From the NCBI RefSeq assembly GCF_022539665.2, contig NC_081332.1:5580001-5644000 (forward strand): a stretch of DNA of 64,000 nt. Reading direction: 5' to 3'. Below the pieces are notes generated by a model. That model saw nothing but the letters and a program-made list of their open reading frames with translations. It was not told the DNA's origin and searched no databases. Positions 39,147 to 51,964 of the stretch are shown in pieces. The DNA is from Daphnia carinata (lineage: Eukaryota). Each line of letters begins with the position of its first letter. The stretch's first letter is position 1. A program made the position numbers and the translations under genes.

Positions 39147-40412
39147 TATATAACTGTTAATACTTTGTTTTCGGGGCGCAGCAACGACTGAAGGTAATGG
39201 GCAGGAAGCATTTTTCAAAAATTCCTTCGGGCTTCCAACCGTTATCATTATGAAATTTGGTTCGACTAGATACCTCTTTTGATTCAGTATGATTCTTAAC
39301 CTATTTAAAGAAAACGAAACATGAATCAATTTTTAAACGTTTGCCAAGGACAAGGATTGTGCAATCCTTCTTTACCTCTTGGTTTGGTGAACTACTGGTA
39401 TTAATTGTATTCAGCTAATGGTTTGGCAGACATAGTGCTTGCTTGGATGGTAAGTTGATGGGTTGCGAAGAAACTAATCATTAAGCGACTACCTATTTTC
39501 TAATACCTATGCAAATAACACAATAAATGGCATTTTAATTAGTTGTAATCATGGGTTTCTAGGCACAAAAAAAGAGATAGACTTATTGGATGAGACGGTT
39601 CAAAACGTTCCAACTTCTTTCAGGACCCCTGCACCAGAATGACAGATTGAGTTCAGAAGTCGTGAACTGAGATAGCCAATTTCGGTATATACTTGATTTT
39701 TTTCATACTAGGCATGTAATCTAAATTTGCTGTACAATGAAACAAAGCAGTAAAATAAGTCTGTATAAAAAATTTACAAAATTGCATTTTGTTACACCTA
39801 TTTGGCTTTGTAAAGTGATACTAACTTACAACATAGTCCTGTGAAGTTGGTCACAGGGCATGACAAGCAATACATCTTCAATATAAACTGAAGCAGTCTG
39901 ATTCAAGAATGCTTCTGTTGTCCAAACACACTGCATAGTGACTGATGGAACAGCAGAAAATAAGGATGTAGATTAACTGATTTTCCAGTAATAAGTACTT
40001 TTGATGTTTGGAATTCTGACCAACTGTTTTTGCTGTTCACATTTTTCAAAATGTTGAGCACATACTTAAGGCCACCATAGCACAGAATTTTTTCCAGTTT
40101 TGCAAACATACCATCACAGCATCTATGAGGAACAGGAGAGGTTAAAATCTTTAAAAATCTATATATTTCATAACATACCGTGATGAGCTCTTCTTTTGTA
40201 ATGGGCAGCCCTCTCTAAGTACTTGCATAAGTAATGCTTCAATACTTGGAACAGCTGAAACAAGCAGTTGTGATAAAAAAAAGTATCAGCACCACTGGCA
40301 AGAATGTAAACATGAAGACTTGTTATGGACAATATCTACAATTGGTACAAATGACAGATGGAGTGAAACCACAGTATGACGAAATAGCCTGACGACGTTT
40401 GGCAACCGCCAT
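39141..40412 (-). pseudogene. Cassette C cargo: decayed intron-containing gene, distantly related to the A/B cargo
   Basis: GCC-ATG-G start at 40412 and GT-AG intron-like segments. Coding-like pieces include VWTTEAFLNQTASVYIEDVLLVMPCDQLHRTML. The last exon (RLRIILNQKRYLVEP...) follows a TAG acceptor at the same position as in A. Several in-frame stops. Confidence 0.45.
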
Positions 40413-40499
40413 GGCGTACTATAATCACGGCCAGCAAGCGCGTAATACCCCCTGCGCCTAAAACTGAATTGCCAGAGGGGCCTAAATGAAAAAATTAAG

Positions 40500-41320
40500 A
40501 TTCTAGATTTAGTTAAAAATATGTTATTCCGATTCAGAATTCATCACTAATTAAGAAAATCATGTTTATTTTGACACTGGGCTTATAGTTTATGAATTAA
40601 CTGTAAAAAACAAAATATTAAGTTAGTGCGCCATCAGCACTTTTTTCGTTATTTTGAAAACGGCTTGTTTATGGTCAAAACAAGTCAGTGATTCGAAATC
40701 AGCGTTTAACTTTAATTAAGGCCTGTGATTTTCAGCCAATTCCAAGAGATGTCGCTTTTCGATGATTTTCGTAAAAATAAGAAGGCCTTCCCACTTTTTC
40801 AATTTTCGTCAAATTCTAGATTTACTTAAAAATACATTATTCCGATTCGAAATTGATTGCTGAGCACGAAAATCGGGTTCATTTTTACATTAGGCTTATA
40901 CTTTTTGAATATACCGTAAAAAACAGAAAGTCGGGCTTATTTTATCGGGCTTATTTTGTCGGGCTTAAATTATTTTCCAATTTAAAAAAAATGTCTTTAA
41001 CAATTAGAATAAGCGTTCGATTTTGAGCCTAATGTAAAATTTTTACTGAATTCTGAGAGATGTCGCTTTTTGATGATTTTCGTCAAAATGAGAAGGCTAT
41101 AGCCTTCCCACTTTTTCGGTTTTGGTAAAATTCTAAATTTAATTAAAAATTCATTATTCCGTTTCGAAATTGATCGCTGATCACGAATATCGGGTTTATT
41201 GACATTGGGCTTACAGTTTATGAATTAATCGTACAAAACAAAAAATTAAGTTAGTGCGCCAACAGCAATGTTGTCTTTTATTTAAAAAACGGCTAGTTAG
41301 GGCCAAAACAAATCTAATCA
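40500..41320. repeat. ~315-bp tandem repeat, ~2.6 units (starts ~40500, ~40813, ~41130)
   Basis: Each unit starts ATTCTA(G/A)ATTTA.TTAAAAAT...TTATTCCG.TTC. GAGATGTCGCTTTT.GATGATTTTCGT.AAAAT.AGAAGGC recurs in units 1 and 2, and TTAAGTTAGTGCGCCA recurs in units 1 and 3. Confidence 0.9.
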
Positions 41321-41400
41321 TCAAAGATAACTTCTTACACAGCAGTGAAACCCATTAGACGTATCAGGACATCAAATTTATCCATCTTTATTACAATAAA

Positions 41401-42786
41401 TTATAATTTTCTGTTAGACGTTTCTTTCTTTTCACACTTTGGTTTGAAATTAGGCGTCCAGGCACCAAGACTTTCATACGCGTAAAAGTCCATTGGATAG
41501 GTATCCTTCCATTCTACATTTTTGAGGGCCACATTGATTTCGTAAGGCGTCAGAAGTGGTTTGGCAAAAGCAAGACCCCAGTCGATTGACAGTCGTGGGC
41601 ATGCAATTTGAACCCAAGCATCCACACTGGGCATAAGCGCTAGTTTGGCTGGGAAAATTTCTGACATCAGCACAGTAACAAACTCCTTATTCAATTTTAA
41701 CATCTTCTCTTTTATCTCCTGCAATACTCTGGGACTTCCCTACAATAACAGGAAAACAATAATTTTTTTCTAAATGAAAAAATATAATTGCAATGCGATA
41801 AATTTTCTTACTTGCCGGCCAAGTGTCCCTAATATCAAACCAAATCTCGGAGCTTTGGCTGCTATACTTATAGCTGCTTGTCGGTTGGCTTTCATTTGAT
41901 TATGTTCATAAAACTCCTGGGTGAATTCCTTACTATAGGGGTCATACTTGTAAGCTTTACATTTTGGATTTGCTATCATTGCAGACTCCAGATGAAATCT
42001 ACCATCTCCAAGATAAATGATAACATCGGTGTCTATGGAAGGAGAGGTACAGCCCAAGATTTCACCAGGTGATAATGGTGAAGATTTAGGAGTACTAGCC
42101 ACATACCCTTCCCCCTTCAAACGCATCACCAGATTTTGTAAGGAGGCCACAAACTGAATCGTACTAACAAATGACATGCGGGTTTCTTTGTCAAAGTTAA
42201 ACTTGATGGTTTCTATAAAATGTTCTGAGTCAAATTTTATATCCACAAAAATATAGAGCATTTTGATTCCACTTGTTTGACCAACTGGAATTAGACAAGA
42301 ATGTCCATAGTGGATCATGAAGTCAGCTCCTAGCGCTATGGCAGTTCTGTCATCAACACAACAAGCCCCATAGGTAACATCTCCCATAATCACAGTCTCA
42401 GCTTGACAAAATTCTTCAAGAATATCTGAAATTGTCAGTGCAAACATAAGTAATCCTTCAGGCATTTGCAAAGCAACTCTTTTTGCTCCAGCCTGACGAA
42501 TTTTCCATACCTGAATCAAAACACTGCTACATCAACTATTCTGTTAGGTGAAGAATTTTATGACATTATATACCGTCTTGTGAATTTCGAAGGAATAATT
42601 GCTCGGAAGAAGCTCTATGGCACGCGCTAGCTTTTCGTCGTTCAGTATATCGTCAGGAATTTGGTTTATGACTCTAGTCTTCCCAGGCATAGCACTGTAC
42701 ACCTTTCGTCCAGGATTTGCTCGTGAAACTACAACTTGTTCGTTGATTTTATCGTTTGCGGAAACATTTGGTGACAGTTCGTCCAT
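41401..42786 (-). CDS. DPH1: 2-(3-amino-3-carboxypropyl)histidine synthase subunit 1 (diphthamide biosynthesis protein 1); exons 42786-42574, 42510-41812, 41739-41401
   Basis: [17 protein letters not shown]...[80 protein letters not shown]. Confidence 0.98.
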
Positions 42787-43673
42787 TTTCTTGAATATTT
42801 TTTGTTCAGTTTGAACAGTAACGTTGACACGTGATTGCAGACGACGGAAAATAATTATCAGGATGTTAAACTGCGGACGCAAGTGATAAAATGCGGAACT
42901 TAGGAGGGTAAATCGCTACGTTTTACACAGAGGAAGTTGAATATTTTACATATAATATACTATTGAACAGTTCCTTAATTTGTATTAATTGGTTTTTACA
43001 CTGCTGACATGAGTTGTTATTTATATTTTAATTTTATTATGAAAATAGCATTAGAAGTATTTCGGCACTGTTATAAAAGCTTATTGTGCATGTATATGAT
43101 GTATGAATAAACTCATTTCATTCCAACAAGTTTCTTTATGTCAGCAAGCATAAGAAGTGGTAATTCCCAAGTACCCTAGCACCACTAACAATTAATCATC
43201 TATCACTCTAGTTGCCATTATTGTTTTTACAATAGTTATATAGTTATTCACAATTTCTTTATAGTTGCTTCATAAGCTACACATGGAATGAAATCTTACA
43301 TTTATCGTGGCGAAGGCAATGGGGAAATGAAACATACTAAAATTTGGCTTTCAAAATACCAATGGTAACCTGACTAATCTGTATTATTTCATGAGTTTTC
43401 TTCAATTTTGATTGACAAGTAAGAGACGAGGCAACGGTTAGATTGACACAGATGCTTGAATACCGGTACAAACGCGTTGGAGCAACAAATAACAAAAAAC
43501 GCTACAAAACTTGCGTGGAAAAGAAGAGAAAACTTAATTTGTACCATTATGTCGAACATATAAATTTATAATCGTGTTAAGCGCATGAAATGGGGACGCT
43601 TGAAAAGTAATAATAAAAACGAATATTTTAGGCAGACCAGATTTTTTTACATTGCTTAAAGGACTGATCATAA

Positions 43674-45021
43674 TCATGGCAGTTTGCTAGCGATCCAGGG
43701 AAGTCGCCCCGTCTTGCGGTAAGCGTAATAATCATAAAGAAGTTTTCCGATGGTAACCAAAGTTAACAGAGCCAAGAATACGTTAAGCACATCCATCAGG
43801 TTTATGGCGTTGTTTCCATTCGTACCGCAAACGCTGCTCAGCTCGACAGAGATGATTTTCTTACCAGCGCTTTCTCCTTCTTCTGGGCCACACGTGACAT
43901 TACTAACGTCTTTGATCAGCTGCTTGTGCTTAGCAATAAACGGCTGGGATAAGAAAGGCGTGACTGTAACAGTGATTACTCGACAACGAAAAACAAGATT
44001 TTGGTATAATTACTTGAAAGCGAGTAATGGTAACGCAGTCGCATTTCCACGGATTATTGCTTAGAAGCATCCGAACTCCATTAATGTCTTGGTGATGAAA
44101 TACATTACTTAGTGCTTGGGTGGGAATCTATACAAGAAAATTTATGTCAACATGTATTTTAACCTAATAATGGTGTGCAGCAATACTTCTTGTAGAAGAT
44201 TTCCTTGAAGACTTAGTAAACTAAACTGTTCAATCCAATCAGAATTTTCCAGGCTTGTTATTGATTGGATACGATTGTTGGCCAAGTACAAAACAGTTAC
44301 TCTACTGTAGCTTGGATTTTTGGCCAGCTCACTCACATCTTCAATCTATGGTAATTGGAAACATATCAGACAAATATTAATAAAAAGCTCTAACATTCAG
44401 ATTTACCCGATTATTGCTCAAGTCCATATGAATGGTCACATTAGCTGGCAAGATTTTAGGTATTTCTGTGAACCCCAGATTATTGCAGCTGACACTAACA
44501 GTGACATACTGATCATCTTTGGGAACATGGGCCAATTCACATACACAGCGCTCCGGACACCTGCTGCCCACATCATAAATTAACTGCAAGGCCTTCAGTA
44601 CTTGAGTCCCATTAAAAGTTTGGGGTGAAGTGCAGTGTATGTTTTCAGGCTCGTACAGCTTGTCACTTAATTGAAGTAGCCAGACCAGGTGTTTTGAACA
44701 ATTAATCAAGTTATGTGATAGCTCCAGCGTCTTAAGGTTGGGGAAAAGGGGAAGCAGGTTTTCAGAGAAGTCAAGTTTTGAATCTCGGACATGGAGGTGT
44801 TGCACATAATCAGGTTGCTGAAAGTCACCATACAGAGGCAAACGTCCGTCACTCCAAAGCTGACTGACTGACACAAGATGGGTGCAATTCCAGACTGTTT
44901 CTTCCAGGTAATTATTGTAGCACTGACAAATGTCTGGGCAATAAGAACTAGAAGGTTGTATACAGAGGACACACAACCAAACAGTCGAACAAAAAATGAG
45001 GCAAGATTTCCGTAAAGACAT
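43674..45021 (-). CDS. Single-pass LRR membrane protein of the halfway / singed wings 2 type; exons 45021-44407, 44345-44187, 44127-44014, 43943-43674
   Basis: Signal peptide, LRRNT (CPDICQC; CPERCVC), LRR units (LELSHNLI, MDLSNNRI, LYLANNRI), LRRCT (NNPWKCDC), TM helix and C-tail YDYYAYRKTGRLPWIASKLP. Confidence 0.85.
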
Positions 45022-47359
45022 GGTGATTCGACAAGAACACGTTCGAGTTTGACTTCAGCCGATCAAGACATTTTCATTTAGAATTTCGATGGTTTTATAT
45101 TTCACGAGACGTTAGCAAACAGCGTGAACGTGTATGCTGAAAATCGAGTGGCCCTCGCTCACGCTAGTCAAGGTCAAGCTTCTCCACCTTTTCAGCGCGA
45201 ACGGCACAACTTCTGGATTACTAATAAGCTGCTGTGAAACGGAGACCTTCAAACTGAATCTTGGGTTCTTTTTTTCTTTATGGTTTTGCCTCTGCAAGTT
45301 TGTTTTCAACTACCCACGGCAAACCATACAGCAGACGAAAGTTGGTTTGAGCTTGACCTATTTTCCGTCTTTACTCAGGCACTATGTTGTGATCTTGAGT
45401 TCTCGACACGCCAACTTCGTGACAAAAAAAAAATTCTTTTCCTTGAGCGGAACAAAGATTACCGCTCCCCGATACCTACTGCCAAGTGAGCTTATACAAC
45501 TGGGCAGTATAGAACTCCGTACAAACAATCATCGCTCCTCCCTTTCTTTGCTTGCGTGTAGTGTTTCGTTTGCAGCTCATGGAACAAATACTTTCCATTC
45601 TGCTGCTGCCATTGATTTAGTGGTAAAACACAGTAAAACAGCGAGTCATATGATAACCTAGTTATCTCTGACTATCCGGAAAGAAAAATTTCATTATGAA
45701 AGCCATTGGTTCATAAATTTTTAAGCGCTATTGTTGAATGTAAGCAAAACTCTTTGCTTGGACGAGAGGAATTGGAAGGATTTGAGATTAGATCGTGCAT
45801 GGGTTTTCTTCACTAGCCAAAAGGGCTTGAACTTGAGTTTTTACGAGACTTATACCTACTGTTTATCGGTCAAAGCCACGTGAAGAGCGAAAGCAGAAAT
45901 CATATAGCTTACGAAACCAAGCCAGCTTCAGCTATTTATTAGTCTTGCGGAACTTGGCGTTGCCCGAAGTCAGCTAGATACGACGCCATGTATCAGCGAG
46001 CTTTAATAAATCTGAAACGTCCTGTTGATAGAAATGTGACCCACTTTAAGGGACGGCCGTCAGACCTACATTCTACTGACTTTCATTTTGCGGCATTGAT
46101 TGCACACGATATGCGTTTCCGACATGAATGCAAGATGCAAAACCAGAACTGCGCTGTGCACACCGCGCGGAATAGCGTGTTTGAAGCTGTGAGTCACGTT
46201 TGCACGCAGAAGTTTTGATTAGTTCTCGCAATATATGCTGGCAAAATCCTTCAGAAACAACTGTTTGCGGAGTCAAATGAAGATCTGGTTAGAATTTTGA
46301 GTCTTGAAAAGACAGGGACTAGTGACTAATGATCATACCTTATCTTTGTTTTGATATATTCAGTTTCGCTGTTTTGGTTTCGGATTTATAATTTTTCCTT
46401 TTTTCTTATTGAGTACTTGTCAGAATAGTCGCGCGCATGCGCGGGTGTATGCCTCCTTTCAGCAGAGAGATATGGAAATGGGACAATGTTTTCCGCAACT
46501 TAAAAAAAAAACCATAAAAGATAAGGAAAAATCGATGGCATTATTCAGTACAACAAATTTAAACAGCCGAAATCTTCAACTTCACATTACATAAAAAAAA
46601 AAAGAAAAGATGACAGAGGATATTGGGCGAAGGCGAGAATTAACAAAGAGAGAGAAGAAAAGTCGAGATTTAGGAGCGGTGCCAAGTGCCATAGGAAAAA
46701 ATAAAAATAAAGGCAAGGGAAAACGCGGGTTTAGGCAGCGTAACGTCGTGCTCTTCCAGGCAAAGCTAACTTTTACAAACAGAATGGCTCGCACTTTGCA
46801 CTGCAAGTCACACAATACTGTACAACGATATTTCTTATTTATCTCTAGTCGAAGGACAGAGGGGATTCTCTTATTCCTTCAGAATGGTACACGTTTGGAC
46901 GCATCTGCAGATGCGTTCTGTAGAAGTAGTTGAGAACCTTGTTTCTTCCAACAAAAGTGAGGAACAAAATTCCTTTTTCCGGTTGCCTTTTTGGTGTTAG
47001 GTGAAAGGATAGAACACGACAAAAATCCACAAGGTCTCTTTCTCTCTCTTTCTCCCCAACCGTTCATGGAAAAGGGCAGCAGCTGAAACCACATCCAAGA
47101 ATAATAAGGTATTTGTTTTCAATTGAGGGAAGGAGGATATAGGCTAAAAAAAAGAGAAAAAAGAAACGGGAGCGTAAAGAAACAAACATGCAGAACCAGT
47201 AACACTGGAGAAAAGAAGGCTCTTCCTGTTCCAGGAAGGGGAGGGGGATGTCTTTCTTTTTGGTTTGTCGGCTGGCAGGCTTGTCTTGTTCTTTTCCTTG
47301 ATTGACCTGTGTCATCCGACTTGGTTCATTAACACTGGCTCTCTTCAGTCAAAAGCCAA

Positions 47360-50300
47360 TCAGCTGACTCTTTGCCGTTTTGAAGAATGGGCGTGGCTTA
47401 GTTCGGCTCCGCCATCCAGCCTCGACATCATATACCGGATTTGTGGCATGTATTGGACGACATCACGAACGTTCACCAATGATATTTTCTCTCCAGCGAG
47501 ACTACTTACGCTGCTCACCTTTCCCGCCGATTTTAAAACCTGCAATTGTTGACTGATACACAAGAATTTTTTTAAATATAGTCCTTTTGATCTTTGATTT
47601 CTCTTTAAATTTATCAACTTACGGGTTGGCTTCATAGAGTGTAACACCAAGACCATCCTGCAGAACTTGCTTGCAAGTTTGATGACCTAAATGAGGAAAC
47701 AAATAGGCAGCCATGTCCGGTAGGGCAATCATCAGATTATTGTAGACGTATTGCCGGCTATTAACGCACGGTACAGTTTGATTTTCTATCTGGTACAGCT
47801 GTAGCTTGAACGGAGGAGGTTGTTGGGATTGCTGTTGTTGGAGGAGCTGGTGTTGCATCTGCGGGTGATGTCGCTGCCCGATTTCATACTGTGATTGATG
47901 GTAAGAACGCGACAATCCATGCGGATTCGATTCGGATGACGCCTGGTGAAGTCGACTGGACGCCTGAGAAGCCATGCTGCTATTATTGGGCATGGACGAG
48001 AAAAGAGGATGACTCCCGTTGACGGGGATGAGCGGAGGAGGCGGCGGCTTTGGAGCCGACGAGGAGGAGGAGGAAGAAGTAAGCGACGAATGGACCAGGC
48101 TGGAACTTGGAACAGGTAAACCGGGCCGAGGAGATGCTCCTAATTTGTAAAAAATAAAAGGTCAATAATTAAACTTCGATTAAACAAAAGAATGTTTATC
48201 TTCTCAACAACAAATAAAATATAATAACGGAACACAGAATAAAAATAAATCGTTTGTCTATTTTTATCCCGGAGAGAAACGCAGTTGGCGATGTAATTGT
48301 TACCTGTGCTACTTCTTGAGTGCGGACTACTGCCGGGTACCGCTCCGGTTAGAGGTGATTGGCTGCTGGAATAGGCTGAATGATTCATCGCTGCATTCGA
48401 AGATGACCCATGGGACAGCCTTAATACAAATAATGAGCAATTAATAAAATCATCCAATACGCAAAACGCCATATTGATAATGAACCTATGGTGGTCGGTG
48501 TGAATGCCGTTCGCACGCAGAAGGTTGTCCAACGTTGAGCTTGCTGAAGCATGAGCCTGAGATGGTGGCGGCGGAGGAGCTTGGTTCCGATGCGACTGAG
48601 CTTGCTGCTGCGATTGTTGCTGTTGCATCATGCCTGCAACTGCCTGTGCATACTGCATCATATTAAATGCCTGGCCCATACTGGAGTGATGAACTGGCAT
48701 GGATGGCATTAGCATGGCAGATACAGCTGCTGCTTGTGCCCTTGCTGCTGCCGCCGATTGTGATTGCAACACTGTCGCTAGATGAGCAGAAGCTGCCGCT
48801 GCTGAAGAACTAGAAGAGCTATTGGTGTTCGAAGCACTTTGCTGTTGTTGCATTTGCTTTACGTACAAAATGAATGAATGAATAAATAAATGAACAGCTA
48901 TGCAATTAACTATCCTATTCACTAGGACTGAAGAACGCACCTGATGCACAGAGGCATAAGAATTCATGGAACTCCAGCCATTATACAAGGCGGAATTGGT
49001 ACAGGTGGGAGGGACAACAGGCGGTCGAGATGGTGGAACAATACCCGACGCTTGAAGCAACGCGGAGGCAGATGATGTGGAAGGCAGTCTAGTGGCAGCA
49101 TTGACCGCCGACACTGCGGGGTTTTTCTGAATGACTGAACTCGTTTGCAGCGCCGCGGCCGCCGTGTTACTATTGACAGGCAAGGGAGGTGGACTACCAC
49201 TAGGCTTGTGTATCCACATGTTAATGCCAACGTTGCTGCCACTTGATGCTCCATTGCTGGGCACGTCTAGCGACGAACGACTTGGCCAATATAGCTGTAA
49301 GTCTGTTTGAGCCGGGAATTGCTGCTTGATATCGTCTACGCTGACGGCTGAGTAAGAATCGTTAGAAAAGAGTTCGTTTCGGATTCCTTGCACTTTGCAG
49401 CACAACTATGGAGAGGTACAACGGGGGGAGGGAGAACAGAAATTCATTACAATTTACTAAATAAGGAACTGATATAATAAAAAACAACATTACCTTTAGA
49501 TAGGCAAGATCCCAGCCAGTAATCTGAATGGCCCGCCTGTCCAAATTTCCCGTCTCCCCTTCAAAGTAGAAGAGAGGAACGTACTTGATGCCGCCGATAA
49601 CCGTGTAAGGAACAACCGATTCGCCGCCAATACGGAAGAATCCGCACCGATCCTGAGGGTCACATGACTTGCGCACCAGCTTCTCTTTACACGTCTGTAA
49701 GAACTGTATAAGCTCCTGTGCATCTTCTAAACTGATGATCAAATCACGGACGGTAAACAATTCTCGACCATATTGCCAATCGCAATGTTTGACGTTGATT
49801 TCGTTCAATAGTCTTGATTCTATTTCACTCACGTAAAAGCTCTGAATGGAAACGCAGCCGGACAATTCCGGTCGCAACACGTTCGCGAACATTTTTACAA
49901 TACACTGTTCTAGAACACGCACCGAACACAATTTTTTGTCGTCTCTTCGGTAAATATAAGGAATGTGCACTGAGGAGTTCGTCCAGCCGAATCGTCCTTT
50001 GGCACTTTCTAGATCTACTGCCACAGCAGCAGCTGCGTTACTCTTCTCCTTGTTTATCGCGTCAACAACTTCTTTGGCACCTACACCAGCTGAATTTCTG
50101 GAAAAGTAACCCAACAAGGTGCCTGGCATTATTCTTGATGCTGATGCTATCCCTGGTTGTAATGGGTTGCTGTTTGTTCCAGTTTGTCCAACAGTTGTTG
50201 CTGCTGATGACAAGTTTGCCATCTTGGCTCGATTGGCTTCAACCATCTTGGCTGCAAGTAGATCGATTTCCTCCTGATCATCTCGTTTCTCTTGTTTTAC

Positions 50301-50406
50301 GGCTGCACCTAAACAGCAGATTCATGTAATAATTATTTAACCCCATCATCTCAGGAATATACTTACTGCTCTTAGAAGTCATTTTTATTCTGTCAATTTC
50401 CACCAT
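47360..50406 (-). CDS. Uncharacterised arthropod-type protein: globular N-domain, long Q/S/A-rich linker, second small domain
   Basis: MVEIDRIKMTSKS splices in frame into ESAKGRFGW...LLNEINVKHCDWQYG...CGFFRIGGESVVPY...YVPLFYFEGETG...GWDLAYLK/CCKVQG. C-terminal part reads YQIENQTVPCVN...LVNVRDVVQYMPQIRYM. About 7 exons; internal boundaries are approximate. Confidence 0.85.
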
Positions 50407-51964
50407 GGGTGGACGCTTGTAAAAAATGCAATCAGAACTTCATATACATTCCTTGGTCATTACCAAGAAATGTGTTTAACAGAAGCATTTCGCCGATTTC
50501 AGTTCACCCGAATCAAATTTCGGACAACGACACGTTAAGTAAATAAATCTTATTGGTAGTCTAGCACCAGAAAAAACACTTTCAATAAACACTTAGCACG
50601 GCACTCAGCACGAATCGATGGGGTAGTCTCTCTTTATCGATAGTAATTGTCCAATAGTGTTTGGTTGCATTCTAGAATTTGGCTATCAAATTGTGCCATG
50701 CTGTTACGACGTTTTGTCTAACTCTTCATTAAGCAAGCTAGATTCCGTCTTTAACAGGGACTTAACAGGTTTTTCTTAACACAGCCATAGAAGCTAGGCT
50801 CTCAAGTACATAACATGTTCCGCCATAATGTTTCTACCCTTAGCGAGACTTGCTGTCTGACATGTGGCGCCGCTCTTTCAGTGAAAGCTTCAACCTCTTA
50901 CTGCTACCCAAAATTTGGGAATAGTCTATAAGCATTAAATGAAACGAAAAGCCCTGAGGTCGTTTTGGTGGCATTCCTCAAGTCCGTTCAACGACCCCAC
51001 CCCGGAAAATCAGTACTGACCTCTTACACAATATAATACTGTCTCGTTCGCTTTAAATTGATTTTAGATATCTTAGTCGTCCTCGCAAAAAAGGATAAGT
51101 TTCATGCTTATACAATAATAACTGAGCACTGAAGCTACCATTCCGTGTTTTTCCCATGGTATGCTTGTAGTTCATCCAGTTTATTAGCATTTAAAATAAG
51201 TGAAATTTTGCAAACTTGCAAAACCGTTGCGTCGCATCAAGGAGGGATAGAGAAAAAAGAATAGGTTTACGGGCGTTTATAAAAGTCAGATTTTTTTTCA
51301 AACATATGTATTTTAAAAAACTATACCGTTTCTAGTTTTGCGACGTGGCAAACAAAATTTTGAATAGCCCCCTAAAATTGCGATTACAGATAACCTGTTC
51401 ATGTACGTTTCGTGACCGTCATTTTCTTCACTCTCGGTTGAATGCGCAAGTAAAGTTTCCTTCTAAGATGATACAGTATTTTTTTAAATTAAGCAGTACG
51501 CATGCTTCGCAGAAGGAATGATATTTATTACTACATTGCATGGCCTCCATGGCCTGGCTGACGTATGATATTTTTCACAAACATATCCTATTACTGTGTT
51601 GAAAGTATTCTAGCAGAGTGTTTATTGCCTACAAGGAGTAAAAATATTAATGTGTGATTTTTGTAAAAAATGAAATACGTAGGCTGCGTATTTGACGAAA
51701 ACGACCTGCTCCACTTTGCGATTTGCCTCCTGTAGGTTCGTCGCTCGCCGAAGCACCTCCTTCATCTTGCGATAAGAGATGGCGCTTATTTAATTTGCAA
51801 CATGGTGGTACTGTTAACTTGATTGTGTTTGGGCCATTGACTATTTCGCTGTTTATCAATGTTTCCTTCCGCGGGCAACGAAATTCTTTTTACAAGAATC
51901 TATGTTAATGTGATCCAGCGTGAAAAATACTTCTTTTGTTTAAGTTTTTAAACTGCAACCAAAA

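Noticed and set aside
40500..41320. CRISPR-like array
   Set aside because: Long degenerate ~315-bp units in a eukaryotic context, with no short identical repeats separated by unique spacers and no cas genes.
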